In this document: positions 45,935 through 55,908 of the stretch, piece after piece
How positions within the stretch are numbered: the stretch's first letter is position 1
Layout of the letters: each line of letters opens with the position of its first letter
DNA from: Pyrinomonadaceae bacterium
GTDB lineage: Bacteria; Acidobacteriota; Blastocatellia; Pyrinomonadales; Pyrinomonadaceae
Assembly (NCBI GenBank): GCA_036745095.1
Contig: DAIOGT010000001.1
Span: 26,201-90,200, forward strand
Direction: 5' to 3'
DNA length: 64,000 bases
The notes under the pieces: generated by a model
Database searches by the model: none
What the model was told of the DNA's origin: nothing
The model's input: only the letters and a program-made list of their open reading frames with translations
Made by a program: the position numbers and the translations under genes

Positions 45935-45976
45935 TGGAATGACATAAAGGGTTTTGGTAATTACAAGCATCATTAA
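45935..45976 (+). pseudogene. third remnant of the cytochrome gene 3' end
   Basis: tggaatgacataaagggttttggtaattacaagcatcattaa encodes WNDIKGFGNYKHH* (compare WNDIQGVGYYKHH* at 34369). Sequence just after the stop resembles that after the 45078 copy (taaRRgctgaYactc). Confidence 0.45.
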
Positions 45977-46120
45977 GGGCTGACACTCCGTGGGGAGTCC
46001 TGTGCTCATTGTCCTGTGCTCAGCACGGAGGCAGGTAAGTTGCGGGAGCAATCCTATCCTTCGACGGTCATCGGGCTGGCAAGGCAAATCTGAATCGTCC
46101 TGCTTCTGGCCCAAGTCCAG

Positions 46121-46151
46121 CTTGACAGGGTAAACGATCCGTTCTTAGAGT
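46121..46151 (+). promoter_or_regulatory. sigma-70-like promoter TTGACA-18 nt-TAGAGT
   Basis: CTTGACagggtaaacgatccGTTCTTAGAGT sits 9 nt before the GTG/ATG at 46160/46163, so the mRNA would be leaderless or have a very short leader. Confidence 0.4.
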
Positions 46152-46159
46152 AAGCGACA

Positions 46160-46552
46160 GTGATGCGGATACGGCTGACATCTCTGGTACTGGTGTTGAT
46201 GCTCGGTGGTAGCGCGTTTGCTGGCGTTCCGGTGCAATTTGGCGAGCAATCCTGCAACATGGATCATGCTATGGGCGACATGGATTGTTGCAAAGTGGCG
46301 CTCATGCCAAGTAAAGATGCGCAGACTGCGACCGCTCGCCTATGTTGTGCGCTGAGTTGCTCGAAGGAGGGAACGTCCCCAACAAACGGAGTTCGCTTTA
46401 CTCCGCAATTGCAGCTCAAGCTCATATCGTATCCGCCCAGTCCGCAAGCGCTTCTGACCTCACACTTTAGGAATCAGCTATTCGGTCCCTCGCATGGACC
46501 GCCCGGCGACTCAAACCCCGCGTACATCCGAAATCTTGCACTCCTGATTTAA
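46160..46552 (+). CDS. small secreted Cys/Met-rich hypothetical protein
   Basis: Signal peptide ...GGSAFAG. Then SCNMDHAMGDMDCCKV ... LCCALSC. Confidence 0.5.
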   Translation: MMRIRLTSLVLVLMLGGSAFAGVPVQFGEQSCNMDHAMGDMDCCKVALMPSKDAQTATARLCCALSCSKEGTSPTNGVRFTPQLQLKLISYPPSPQALLTSHFRNQLFGPSHGPPGDSNPAYIRNLALLI

Positions 46553-46772
46553 CTTCGCAACGCGGCAGTGTGTCTTCTTCCCGTTGAGCGTTCAGCGATA
46601 GAGGAACGTGTACGTCTATTTAAACGGACAGCATTGGACTTCTTAATTCGCAGATACGATCACCGAAGAATAGAACGTTGCTGCGATTACTTATCTGTAC
46701 ACTGAGCACAGGGTTACTTCAAACCTTGTGCTCGGATTCGGTAATCCGTGTTTCGTTTTGGAGGATCAGGAC

Positions 46773-47192
46773 ATGAAGAAGCTTGTATTCGTGTTGAGTT
46801 TGATAGCCCTTACCCTAATCACCGCGGCCTGCGGTTCTAAAACCACTGACACAGTAAAAGTGATTAAGACCGCGCCTGCCGGAAACAATCTTTCAGTCGC
46901 GCTGGCAACGAGCGACGGTGTGCTCAAGCATGGCAACAGTGAGTTCATACTCACGTTCAGCGACTCCGCTGGCCAGCCTTTGGACGTCGGCGCAGTCGCT
47001 TTGACTTTTCACATGCCGCAGATGGGAACTATGGCAGAGATGAACGATACCGCTACATTCACCACAACCGAAACACTCGGAGTCTATCGTGGGAAGGCGA
47101 ACATCGAAGTCGCAGGGGAATGGCAAGTCAGGATCACTTACGACGGACCAAAGGGACGTGGTCAAGCGACCTTTCCGGTAACGGCTCAATGA
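46773..47192 (+). CDS. FixH/YtkA-like lipoprotein
   Basis: Lipobox LITAAC. LTFHMPQMGTMAEM...GVYRGKANIEVAGEWQVRITY fits the YtkA/FixH Ig-like family often seen next to Cu efflux genes. Confidence 0.65.
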   Translation: MKKLVFVLSLIALTLITAACGSKTTDTVKVIKTAPAGNNLSVALATSDGVLKHGNSEFILTFSDSAGQPLDVGAVALTFHMPQMGTMAEMNDTATFTTTETLGVYRGKANIEVAGEWQVRITYDGPKGRGQATFPVTAQ

Positions 47193-47244
47193 TGGGAATA
47201 GATATCGAGAGGGCAAGCCTCTCTTAACCTAATGGAGTAAAGGA

Positions 47245-47613
47245 ATGAAAAGAGTCTTGATAAATCTCGGGATGGGTGCAACGCTTTCGCTAAGCATGCT
47301 TTCAGTCTTAGCCACAACGGCAACTGCTCAGAAAGCAAAGGCGAAGACAGCCGCACCGAAAACCGTCGTGGGCTATATCAGCGATAGTTCATGCGGTCTT
47401 CAACACATGGCCGGCATGAATGAGAAGGACTGTACTCTCATGTGCGCAAAGAACGGCAAGTTCGTGCTTGCAGACCCCGATAACAAGGTTATCTATCAGC
47501 TTGATAAGGTGGGCCAGGAAAAGGCTGGCGAGTTTGCTGGTCAGAAGGTCAAGATCACCGGCCGCGTTAGTGGAAAGACGATTCGTGTGACCACAATTGA
47601 AGCTGCTACTTAA
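47245..47613 (+). CDS. small secreted Cys/His/Met protein, paralog B
   Basis: Signal peptide ...ATTATAQ. GYISDSSCGLQHMAGMNEKDCTLMCAKNGKFVLAD...GQKVKITGRVSGKTIRVTTIE. Ends 29 nt upstream of cusA copy 2. Confidence 0.7.
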   Translation: MKRVLINLGMGATLSLSMLSVLATTATAQKAKAKTAAPKTVVGYISDSSCGLQHMAGMNEKDCTLMCAKNGKFVLADPDNKVIYQLDKVGQEKAGEFAGQKVKITGRVSGKTIRVTTIEAAT

Positions 47614-47641
47614 GGACGAAAGTCGCTAATTCGGCAACGTC

Positions 47642-50600
47642 ATGATTCATCGCCTGATCGAAATCTGCTTACGCAATCGGGGCCTCGTAGTTGTGTTCTA
47701 TCTCGCCCTTGCTGTCTGGGGTTACTGGGCCCTGTTGCGTACGCCGATTGATGCTATTCCTGATCTTTCGGATAACCAGGTAATTGTCTTTACCGATTGG
47801 GCCGGCCGTTCACCTCAGGAGGTTGAGGACCAGGTTACTTATCCGCTTGTAACCAATCTTCAGGGGCTGGCTGGCGTGCGCGTTGTGCGTGCGAGTTCGG
47901 CGTTTAGCTTCTCAATGATCAACGTCATCTTTGAAGACAACGTTGATCTCTATTGGGCTCGCACGCGGGTTCTCGAACGACTGAATCTGGTTACGAAGCA
48001 ATTACCCGAAGGCGTGGTGCCAACACTTGGTCCAGACGCTACGGGCATAGGTCAAATCTTCTGGTACACGATTGAAAGCGATCAGATGAACCTGCGCGAT
48101 CTGCGGACGCTGCAGGATTGGTTTGTTCGCTATCAACTCAACTCAGTTCCTGGTGTTGCTGAAGTGGCGTCTGTGGGTGGCTACGTTCAGCAGTATCAGG
48201 TGGACGTGGATCCAAACAAGCTGCGAGCTTATGCAATTCCTTTATCAACGGTAGTCGAAGCCGTGCAGCGATCTAACAATAACGTCGGCGGCAATGTCGT
48301 TGAACAAGCGGGCGAGTGGGCGGTAGTGCGCGGCGTGGGACTGATAGAGTCGGTAGCGGATGTAGAGAACATCGTCATAGGTGCTGCGAACGGAATTCCG
48401 ATCTACGTACGCAACGTAGCTGACGTGAAACTTGGCAATGCGTTTCGTACAGGGGTTCTCGATAAGAACGGTAAGGAAGCCGTCGGGGGCGTCGTTATCG
48501 CGCGTTACGGCGTCAACACGTTGGAAGTGATCGACGCTGTGAAGCAAAAGATCGCGGAACTACAGTCTGGTTTACCACAGGATTCGCGCGTGGTTCCTTT
48601 TTATGATCGCACCCAGCTCATCAATCGGGCCACAGGCACATTGAAGCGAGCATTGATTGAGGAGTTGTTACTCGTAACACTGGCCCACATTGTTTTCCTC
48701 CTTCACTTTCGCTCCATCCTTATCGTCACAATTCCATTGCCACTCGCGGTGCTGATCTCTTTCTTGTTCATGAAATACATGGGAATCGGCTCCAACCTCA
48801 TGTCGCTTTCTGGAATCGCGATCGCGATTGGGGTGCTGGTTGACGCAGGTATTGTTGTTACAGAAAACGCTTTTCGCTTTCTCGAGAAGAACAAGGTGGA
48901 TACAAGAGATAGGCGTCTTGTTTGGCAGACCGTGCTGGCGTCTACAAAACTTGTAGCGAGACCCGTCTTCTTTTCGATGGCGATAATTATTCTCGCCTTT
49001 ATTCCCGTATTTGCTTTGACAGGGCAGGAAGGCAAGCTCTTCCATCCGTTGGCTTTTACTAAGACGTTTGCCATGGCTGCAGCGACGATAATCGCCGTCA
49101 CACTGGTTCCAGTACTTTGCACGTTTCTTCTGGGCGGTAAGTTTCACTCGGAGCAAGCAAATCCAGTGATGCGTTTTCTCCAGGCCCTCTATCGGCCCGT
49201 GCTTTCCTTTGCTCTCAATCATCGCATTATCACGATTTCACTGGCAGCTGTCCTTTTCTGCGGCGCACTGATACTCGCCACCGGCATTGGCAAAGAGTTT
49301 ATGCCGCCACTGAATGAGGGCGATCTGATGTACATGCCGGTTACCGATCCGGCGATCTCAATCGACGAAGCGCTCAAAATAACAAGCAAACAGGACGAGA
49401 TTTTGAAGAGCTTTCCCGAGGTCGAGTGGGCAGTGGGAAAATCAGGGCGGGCAGAGACTTCTACTGATCCCGCGCCGGTGAACATGAATGAGACTATCGT
49501 CCATCTGAAATTACCCGAGCAGTGGCGGCCGGGAATGACGCGCGAGAAGCTAGTCGCGGAGATGGATGAGAAATTGCGAATGCCGGGCGTAACGAACATC
49601 TGGACACAACCGATTATCAATCGCATCGACATGCTGACCACCGGCATTCGCTCGCAAGTGGGAATAAAGATCTTTGGCAACGATCTCAAATCGCTCGAAG
49701 AGACTTCTCGCCGTATTGCGGAAGTGGTGAAGACGGTGCCAGGCGCGGTAGACGTTTATCCAGAACAGATCAGCGGTGCGCCGTATGTCGATATAAAGAT
49801 TAACCGCACTGCGGCGGCGCGATACGGAATAGATGTCAGCATGATCCAGAATGCCATTGAAAAAGGAATTGGCGAAACGAATCTAACTGTGACGATCGAG
49901 GGGCGGAGACGATTTCCTGTTCGTGTGCGCTATGCGCCGCAGTTTCGTGGCAGTGCTCAATCCATCGGGGAGATTCCAATTTCATCATCAACGGGAGCAC
50001 CGATCCCTCTAGCTCAGTTGGCGGAGATTCGGACGGTTGAAGGTCCAACGATGATCTCCAGCGAGAACGGGTTGTTGCGCGGTACGGTGCTCCTGAATGT
50101 GCGCGGGCGCGACGTAGGAAGTTTTGTCGATCAAGCCAAAGCGACAATTGCCCGTCAAGTACAGCTTCCTACTGGCTATTACATTTCCTGGAGCGGCCAA
50201 TACGAAAACCAACAGCGCGCGCGACAACGCTTATTGATTGTGATTCCAATCGTTCTGCTCGTCATTTTTGGATTGCTCTACATCACCTATCACTCAGTGC
50301 TGGAAGCTGCTCACGTCTTGATGGCCGTACCTTTTGCGCTTACGGGTGGCGTATATCTGATCTGGCTGCTTGGTTACAACTTCTCCGTTGCGGTGTGGGT
50401 TGGATTCATCGCGCTGTTTGGCACAGCAGTGCAGACGGGCGTGGTGATGGTTATTTATCTCAACGAAGCAGTCGAGAAAAAGACGGAGAAACTAGGAACA
50501 TTAACCCGCGAAACATTAAGAGAGGCAGTCACAGAGGGTGCGTTGTTACGTCTGCGGCCCAAGGTAATGACGGTGTCCACAGTAGTAGCTGGCCTCTTGC

Positions 50601-50842
50601 CCATCATGTGGAGCACGAGTGCAGGGTCCGAAATCATGAAACCACTCGCAACCCCCGTCTTGGGAGGAATGGTTTCGAGCCTTCTGCATGTGCTTATTGT
50701 GACGCCGGCAATCTTTTATTCACTGCGCGCTCGGGAATTACGGAGAGAAGAAAAGCAGCGCGTCTCTGAGAAGCCGCGACTCAAGGGTCAATATAGCAGC
50801 GATGCTGATGGCGATGATTCTGTTGCGATCAATCGACCTTGA
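47642..50842 (+). CDS. cusA: CusA/CzcA-family heavy-metal RND efflux pump (copy 2)
   Basis: 1066 aa. Motifs [32 protein letters not shown] and [24 protein letters not shown]. Confidence 0.95.
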   Translation: MIHRLIEICLRNRGLVVVFYLALAVWGYWALLRTPIDAIPDLSDNQVIVFTDWAGRSPQEVEDQVTYPLVTNLQGLAGVRVVRASSAFSFSMINVIFEDNVDLYWARTRVLERLNLVTKQLPEGVVPTLGPDATGIGQIFWYTIESDQMNLRDLRTLQDWFVRYQLNSVPGVAEVASVGGYVQQYQVDVDPNKLRAYAIPLSTVVEAVQRSNNNVGGNVVEQAGEWAVVRGVGLIESVADVENIVIGAANGIPIYVRNVADVKLGNAFRTGVLDKNGKEAVGGVVIARYGVNTLEVIDAVKQKIAELQSGLPQDSRVVPFYDRTQLINRATGTLKRALIEELLLVTLAHIVFLLHFRSILIVTIPLPLAVLISFLFMKYMGIGSNLMSLSGIAIAIGVLVDAGIVVTENAFRFLEKNKVDTRDRRLVWQTVLASTKLVARPVFFSMAIIILAFIPVFALTGQEGKLFHPLAFTKTFAMAAATIIAVTLVPVLCTFLLGGKFHSEQANPVMRFLQALYRPVLSFALNHRIITISLAAVLFCGALILATGIGKEFMPPLNEGDLMYMPVTDPAISIDEALKITSKQDEILKSFPEVEWAVGKSGRAETSTDPAPVNMNETIVHLKLPEQWRPGMTREKLVAEMDEKLRMPGVTNIWTQPIINRIDMLTTGIRSQVGIKIFGNDLKSLEETSRRIAEVVKTVPGAVDVYPEQISGAPYVDIKINRTAAARYGIDVSMIQNAIEKGIGETNLTVTIEGRRRFPVRVRYAPQFRGSAQSIGEIPISSSTGAPIPLAQLAEIRTVEGPTMISSENGLLRGTVLLNVRGRDVGSFVDQAKATIARQVQLPTGYYISWSGQYENQQRARQRLLIVIPIVLLVIFGLLYITYHSVLEAAHVLMAVPFALTGGVYLIWLLGYNFSVAVWVGFIALFGTAVQTGVVMVIYLNEAVEKKTEKLGTLTRETLREAVTEGALLRLRPKVMTVSTVVAGLLPIMWSTSAGSEIMKPLATPVLGGMVSSLLHVLIVTPAIFYSLRARELRREEKQRVSEKPRLKGQYSSDADGDDSVAINRP

Positions 50843-50883
50843 GCAACGACGAGAAGCTAGTCAACGGCCCAAAAAGGTGTCTT

Positions 50884-52245
50884 ATGATTCAGAAGTTATT
50901 GATTGTTCTCTTGATACTAGGCGGCCAGGTAGTTGGCGCTCCAGACTCAGCGCAGGGGCAGGGATCATCTCCGACAACTCCGCAACGCAAGCCCCAATCG
51001 TCAATTTCTCGCTACTACGATTCGAGCACCGGATTGTCTGCTGATGAAGCCGTTGTTTACGCGCTCTCCCATAACGGCGAATTGGCGGCTTTTCGCAGCG
51101 AGGTCGAAGCTGCGCGCAGCCTTGTACAGCAGGCCGCCCTCCGGCCGAACCCTCAACTCGAAATAGAACGGAAGGAACAGGTCAACGGTTCCGACAACGA
51201 CACGATGGTTGGTGCCATGTTGCCACTCGAGTTGGGCGGGCGCCGCTCGTCGCGCATTTTGGTGGCACAACGCGAATTGGAGTTGAAGGAAAGTCTGCTC
51301 GCCGACCGAGAGCGGCTACTCGCGGCTGAGGTCCGCGCAAAATTTGGTGAAGCTTTGGGTGAGTTGTTGAAACTAGGATTCACCGAAGACTTGCTATTAA
51401 CGACGGATCAGGGATACCGGCTGGTCGCTGCTCGCGTTACGGAAGGTCGCACGGCGCCTCTGGAACAGAACATGGTCCTAGTCGAGGTGAATCGCATTCG
51501 TTCGATGAGAGAAAGCAATCAAGGCAAAGTCGAAGTTGCAATGCTTGAGCTGCGCAATCTTATGGGCATGCGACCGGAAGAGCCTTTGCGGTTGCGGGGA
51601 GACTTGGACCACTTAATTGAGCCGGTTCCTTCAGTTGCTATTGTGAAAGATGTAGCGCTTCGTGAGCGGCCCGATCTGCGGGCAGCGCGTGCTCTCGAAG
51701 CGTTGGCCGAAGCTCGGATATCACAAGCGGGCAGTGAAGGGCGGCTGGATGCGAGTTTGACGGGGAAGTATGAACTGATGAACTTTGGCTTTCCTCAGCA
51801 AGGGTTCAATTCGAACGGGCAGTTGGTTCCGATACATGGAAGATTTCATTCTCTGGTTGTGGGTGTCACTCTCAATCTTCCAGTTCGGAATCGTAACCAA
51901 GGCGCGGTTGCCGCAGCGGTCGCGGAGAAAACTGCCGCAACACAGCGCCGTGAGTTTGCGGAGTTGACAGTGCAGCGGGAGGTCGCCTCAGCTCTGGTGC
52001 GCTATCAAAGCGCGGCGCGGGCTGCCGAGATATACCGAGTCGGCGTTCAGGGACAAGCGAACGCTAATCTCGATGTCGTAAGACAAACTTACGAGCTCGG
52101 CTCCAAAACTTTGCTGGATGTTATTGCTGAACAGAGACGTTTCATTGAAACGCAGACTGGTTATATCGAAGCACTGGTTAATACCTATCAGGCGCGCGTC
52201 GAAATTGACCGTGCAACCGCTTCGCCGAATCTAATCAAAAAATGA
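50884..52245 (+). CDS. cusC: TolC-family outer-membrane efflux protein
   Basis: Signal peptide LLIVLLILGGQVVGA and OEP repeats (HNGELAAFRSEVEAA..., ERPDLRAARALEALA...). ATG at 50884 is preferred over TTG at 50839. Confidence 0.8.
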   Translation: MIQKLLIVLLILGGQVVGAPDSAQGQGSSPTTPQRKPQSSISRYYDSSTGLSADEAVVYALSHNGELAAFRSEVEAARSLVQQAALRPNPQLEIERKEQVNGSDNDTMVGAMLPLELGGRRSSRILVAQRELELKESLLADRERLLAAEVRAKFGEALGELLKLGFTEDLLLTTDQGYRLVAARVTEGRTAPLEQNMVLVEVNRIRSMRESNQGKVEVAMLELRNLMGMRPEEPLRLRGDLDHLIEPVPSVAIVKDVALRERPDLRAARALEALAEARISQAGSEGRLDASLTGKYELMNFGFPQQGFNSNGQLVPIHGRFHSLVVGVTLNLPVRNRNQGAVAAAVAEKTAATQRREFAELTVQREVASALVRYQSAARAAEIYRVGVQGQANANLDVVRQTYELGSKTLLDVIAEQRRFIETQTGYIEALVNTYQARVEIDRATASPNLIKK

Positions 52246-53549
52246 GCAACAATCCTGAAGAAAAACCAGACACGGGAAACGTTAGCGGAGACTCCCCTAA
52301 TCGGCGAAGAAACCGAACTGCGATTGTTGCGATGGTCGGTGTTTTAGCCATAACTGCCATCGCCATTATTCTTTGGTTGCTGCTGCGGTCTGGTTCAAGC
52401 GGTGCTGGACGGCCAGTGCCAACGCCGCGCAATATCGGAGCCGAACCGTCAGCTTCAACATCACCAACTTCAGAAGCCACCATATCCATCGATCCTGAAG
52501 CAGCAAAACGCGCAGGGATTAAGACTCAAACAGTCGGTGAAGCGATGCTTGCAGGAAGCGCTGCACCTGGGCAAGTGACGACCGGAGTAGTTCAAGCCAA
52601 TGCATACCGGACCACGCCGGTCGTTTCACTTGTAGGTGGCATTCTTCGGCGGGTGTCGGCCGAACTGGGCCAAAACGTAAGCCAGGGACAGACAGTAGCC
52701 GTAGTATTTAGTGACGAATTGGCGACGGCCCAGTCTCGTTATCTCAACGCCTTGGCAGACTTGGATGAGCATCACAAACACCATGTGCGTACGATTCGGT
52801 TGGTGGAAATTGGCGCTGCAAGCCGTGAGGAGCTGGAACAGGCGACCACCAAACTGCGGACCGCAGAGTCGGAAGTAGCCTCACAACGTCAGCGACTAAT
52901 GTTATTGGGTCTTGGCGAAAGGCGAATCGCTCAACTCAAAACACCCGCCCAAGTGAGTTCCGAAGTGAGTCTGCCAGCCCCGGTGTCGGGAAACGTCATA
53001 AGCCGAACGGCAAATCCTGGTGAAGTGATTCAAGCCGACAAAGAGATTCTGCGGATCGCTGATCTATCCAGCGTGTGGGTGATGGGCCAAGTCTATGAGA
53101 AGGATCTCGGGAAAGTAGTTGTTGGCAGTGGAGCAAGTATTACGAGTGATGCTTATCCGGGACGCGTTTTTCGCGGGCGCGTGTCTTACGTCGATCCGAC
53201 TCTTGATCCCGCTACGCGTACGGCGCAAGCAAGAATTGAATTGGCTAATCCGGGTCAAGCCTTGAAGATTGGAATGTTTGTGAATGTCGCGTTCGCTGTA
53301 CTAGGTGGAGCGGAATCAACGACTGCCGTGATACCGAAAAGCGCCGTTCAAAATATCAACAATCAGCAGGTTGTGTTCGTTGAAACCGCAACCCCAAATA
53401 CTTACGCAATGCGGCCCGTGAAGATTGGTTTTGAGGTCAATGGCCAATATCCCGTGCTTGAGGGCTTGACTGTGGGCGAGCGAATAGTGACCGACGGAAG
53501 TTTTCTGCTCCGCGCTGAATGGCTGAAGACCGGAGCCGCGCATCACTAG
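52242..53549 (+). CDS. cusB: RND efflux periplasmic adaptor (CusB/HlyD family)
   Basis: ATGA-coupled to the upstream gene. One TM. Motifs VSLVGGILRRV, LPAPVSGNV and ADLSSVWVMGQVYEKD. Confidence 0.85.
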   Translation: MSNNPEEKPDTGNVSGDSPNRRRNRTAIVAMVGVLAITAIAIILWLLLRSGSSGAGRPVPTPRNIGAEPSASTSPTSEATISIDPEAAKRAGIKTQTVGEAMLAGSAAPGQVTTGVVQANAYRTTPVVSLVGGILRRVSAELGQNVSQGQTVAVVFSDELATAQSRYLNALADLDEHHKHHVRTIRLVEIGAASREELEQATTKLRTAESEVASQRQRLMLLGLGERRIAQLKTPAQVSSEVSLPAPVSGNVISRTANPGEVIQADKEILRIADLSSVWVMGQVYEKDLGKVVVGSGASITSDAYPGRVFRGRVSYVDPTLDPATRTAQARIELANPGQALKIGMFVNVAFAVLGGAESTTAVIPKSAVQNINNQQVVFVETATPNTYAMRPVKIGFEVNGQYPVLEGLTVGERIVTDGSFLLRAEWLKTGAAHH

Positions 53550-54038
53550 AGTGACACAAACTAGGATTGCTCCTCGCCTTTACTTTGACGGTCGCTTATA
53601 ACGGCTCATGGCCGCTACTGACAAAGTTTTGATCCTTACAGCTTCGCTGCCAAAGACGATGTGGCCGTGCTGCTTCCTTTGAAGCCTCTGAGTGATGCGA
53701 CGCTCTTGTATGTCGCCGCGCTCTTGAATCGGATGATCTGGCCCTACAGCTTAAGGGTGCAAGTGCTTCCTCGCCAAACTGCAAAAGGTGACAATCCCGA
53801 TCCCGATGCTTGACGGTGAGATTGACGAACAGGCCATTGCAAAGCACTGCCCTCCGAACCTGAACAGGTTTTGGGATTCGATTAGAGTAGCGGGACAGGC
53901 TTTAAGCGCCACGAAAGCAGCGTAGGTCAATTCGATCTCTTGCCTTTCCCTTTTACGGAAGCGTAAATTTGTCACGGTCCAACCCGTGCGGTCCAAGTTC
54001 GACTAACAACCCGATTAATCTACGCGAAGGGAAATGCT

Positions 54039-54419
54039 ATGAGTTTCCTTAAAGGCCGTATCCTCTACACCGAGGATGATTTTGACTGCCGCGAAATGGT
54101 TCTGTTCATGCTTCGAGAGAGCGGGTATGAGGTAACTTGCGTAGAAACGGGCACCGAGGCACTGTCTCTCGCCAAGACGGAACGCTTCGATCTGTTCCTT
54201 GTGGATAATTGGTTGCCGGGACTCACAGGCCCGGAGCTTACCCGACACATCAGAGAGTTTAATCGGACCACCCCGATCCTCTTTTATTCCGGCGTCGCCT
54301 ATGAACACGACAAACAGGGGGCGCTCAAAGCGGGAGCACAAGGCTACCTAATCAAGCCCTGCGGGATCGAAGAACTAGCAACCGAAGTCGATAGGCTGAT
54401 CGCGGAGACTAAGAGCTAA
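54039..54419 (+). CDS. single-domain response regulator (CheY-like receiver)
   Basis: ILYTEDD (acidic pocket), FDLFLVDNWLPGLTG (phospho-Asp), and YLIKP. Confidence 0.85.
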   Translation: MSFLKGRILYTEDDFDCREMVLFMLRESGYEVTCVETGTEALSLAKTERFDLFLVDNWLPGLTGPELTRHIREFNRTTPILFYSGVAYEHDKQGALKAGAQGYLIKPCGIEELATEVDRLIAETKS

Positions 54420-54455
54420 CAAACTTCTTTTTGGGCAGAGCTTTGACTTTTTGCG

Positions 54456-55592
54456 TTAGCCATTGATGACTGCCCTCTTGTTCAAAATGTTACGAGCCTT
54501 GTCGAGGGTGCCTTTCGTTAGATTATAGTATCTGTAACTCATACTCACGTCGCTGTGGCCCAGGAGACGAGCAAGCTCCGGCAGTTCCATACCCTTATTT
54601 GCCATGTCAGTCGCATATGCGTGGCGCACCGAATAAAACAATCTGACACCCTTCGGCACACCTGCTTCAGCATACGCGGCAAGCCAGACCTTACGCAGGT
54701 TAACCTTCGCTTCCTCAAAAACCAGTGCCTCAGGATTGTTGTGTTTAAGTCGCAGTTGTAGTTTCAACAACTCCATTTTCAACCGATTGGTCATCGGCAC
54801 CGGCCAGCATTGCTTGTTTCTGTTCTTGCCTTTGTAAGCGGTGAGTATAATGATCTCCTCATCAAACTTGATGTCCTTCCATTTCAGGTAGTCGACTAAG
54901 CTAGATTTTCTTGCGCCGGTATCTAAGGCGGCAATGAACAGCGGAATCGTATGACGACGTTCAGGAGTATCGAGGGCAGTCATCACTCGCTGCGCCTCAT
55001 CATTGCGAAGCTCACGAATCGATATTGCTGATGGAGTTTCGTCGCCCTCTTGAATTAGTTCCTGCGATACTTCTTTAGTGAAGGGCGAACTAACAAGCCA
55101 TCGTTTACTCACCGCAACATTGAATAGCCTACGCAGTTTTGACAGTTCGCGATCGACGGTAGCAAGTTTGACCTTACTCAGCTTGTTGGTTCCCGTTAAG
55201 CGGGCTACTTTGTAATCACGTAAGGCGTCCGCATCGATCTTTCTGATGTCCTTATCGCCATAAAACTTCACTAGGGCGTCGAGCGCGTAATGCGCTGGTT
55301 TGACGCTTTTCACTCCTTTAATTCTAGTGCCGTTCTCGTCAAAGACGGCGGGCACGTAAATGTTGTCTTTGGCATGTTGAACAAGCTGCCTAAATGTAAC
55401 TTTACCGGCGACGAGTTGTGCTGGTCCGTTTTCTAGGAGTTCGGTTACCAGTTTTGCTGTTAAGTTTTCAGCGTCAGACTTGCCCTCAGCCGCACGCAGT
55501 AGCTCTGCCTTTTTCCCGTTGGCGTCTTCGTAGCGAATGCGGGCGTACCAGTGACCGTTGATTTTGCGGGTGGTGCGACTTAGTATTTTCAT
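54456..55592 (-). CDS. tyrosine-type site-specific recombinase/integrase
   Basis: C-terminal catalytic region TGARKSS..., VRHAYATDMANKG, LLGHSDVSMSYRYY (R..H..R..Y). Confidence 0.9.
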   Translation of the reverse strand: MKILSRTTRKINGHWYARIRYEDANGKKAELLRAAEGKSDAENLTAKLVTELLENGPAQLVAGKVTFRQLVQHAKDNIYVPAVFDENGTRIKGVKSVKPAHYALDALVKFYGDKDIRKIDADALRDYKVARLTGTNKLSKVKLATVDRELSKLRRLFNVAVSKRWLVSSPFTKEVSQELIQEGDETPSAISIRELRNDEAQRVMTALDTPERRHTIPLFIAALDTGARKSSLVDYLKWKDIKFDEEIIILTAYKGKNRNKQCWPVPMTNRLKMELLKLQLRLKHNNPEALVFEEAKVNLRKVWLAAYAEAGVPKGVRLFYSVRHAYATDMANKGMELPELARLLGHSDVSMSYRYYNLTKGTLDKARNILNKRAVING

Positions 55593-55731
55593 TTGGCCAC
55601 TCCGACTTTTGCTCGCGCTTTATATGGCTTACTCGCTGGTTCTTTCTTCCTCGTTTGAATAGGGCTGTCGCATGTTTCTTGCTTCGCCATAGCCTAGATA
55701 CTCTCCGTTTCTGTGGCCCAAAGCCAATTTA

Positions 55732-55756
55732 GTTTACCCCTTTGGTTTACCCCTTT
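55732..55756. repeat. tandem direct repeat GTTTACCCCTTT x2 (13-bp period)
   Basis: Read as aGTTTACCCCTTTgGTTTACCCCTTT, located between the integrase start and the tRNA fragment. Confidence 0.7.
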
Positions 55757-55770
55757 CTACGTGGTTTTCA

Positions 55771-55806
55771 GGACACATCAGGACACTACGTGACACCGAA
55801 GGACAC
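55771..55806. repeat. four (G)GACAC repeats with exact 10-bp phasing
   Basis: GGACACatca GGACACtacg tGACACcgaa GGACAC at 55771, 55781, 55791 and 55801. Candidate arm-type recombinase/RDF binding sites. Confidence 0.65.
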
Positions 55807-55860
55807 CAAAAACCGGCGTCTTTATTGAGCATTTGCGAATTTGTTAGGAATGTTTAAACC

Positions 55861-55908
55861 GTTTAAGCCGTGTGTGAAACGAGAACTCTACCACTGAGCT
55901 AAGCGGGC
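55861..55908 (-). tRNA. tRNA 5'-half fragment (anticodon loop TTCACAC would make it Val-CAC); not a complete gene
   Basis: The reverse strand reads GCCCGCT-TA-GCTC-AGTGGTA-GAGT-T-CTCGT-TTCACAC-ACGGC, giving an acceptor 5' strand, a D-arm and an anticodon arm. No T-arm or acceptor 3' strand follows. Confidence 0.5.

Larger units (their letters stand above)
54456..55908 (-). mobile_element. end of an integrative element: integrase, phased direct repeats, and tRNA 5'-half junction
   Basis: This feature is the combination of the integrase gene, the repeats at 55732-55806 and the tRNA fragment at 55861-55908. The local sequence is visibly AT-richer than its flanks. Confidence 0.5.

Noticed and set aside
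53550-54038. Two overlapping - strand ORFs (53596..53847, 53751..53996) in the gap between cusB copy 2 and the response regulator
   Set aside because: I recognise no motifs, the composition is odd, and the ORFs overlap each other. This is probably decayed or non-coding DNA at the inner edge of the integrative element.
55830-55908. A complete tRNA gene next to the integrase
   Set aside because: Only the acceptor 5' strand, D-arm and anticodon arm can be folded. Downstream there is no GGTTCRANYCC-type T-arm and no complement to GCCCGCT, so it is reported only as a fragment.
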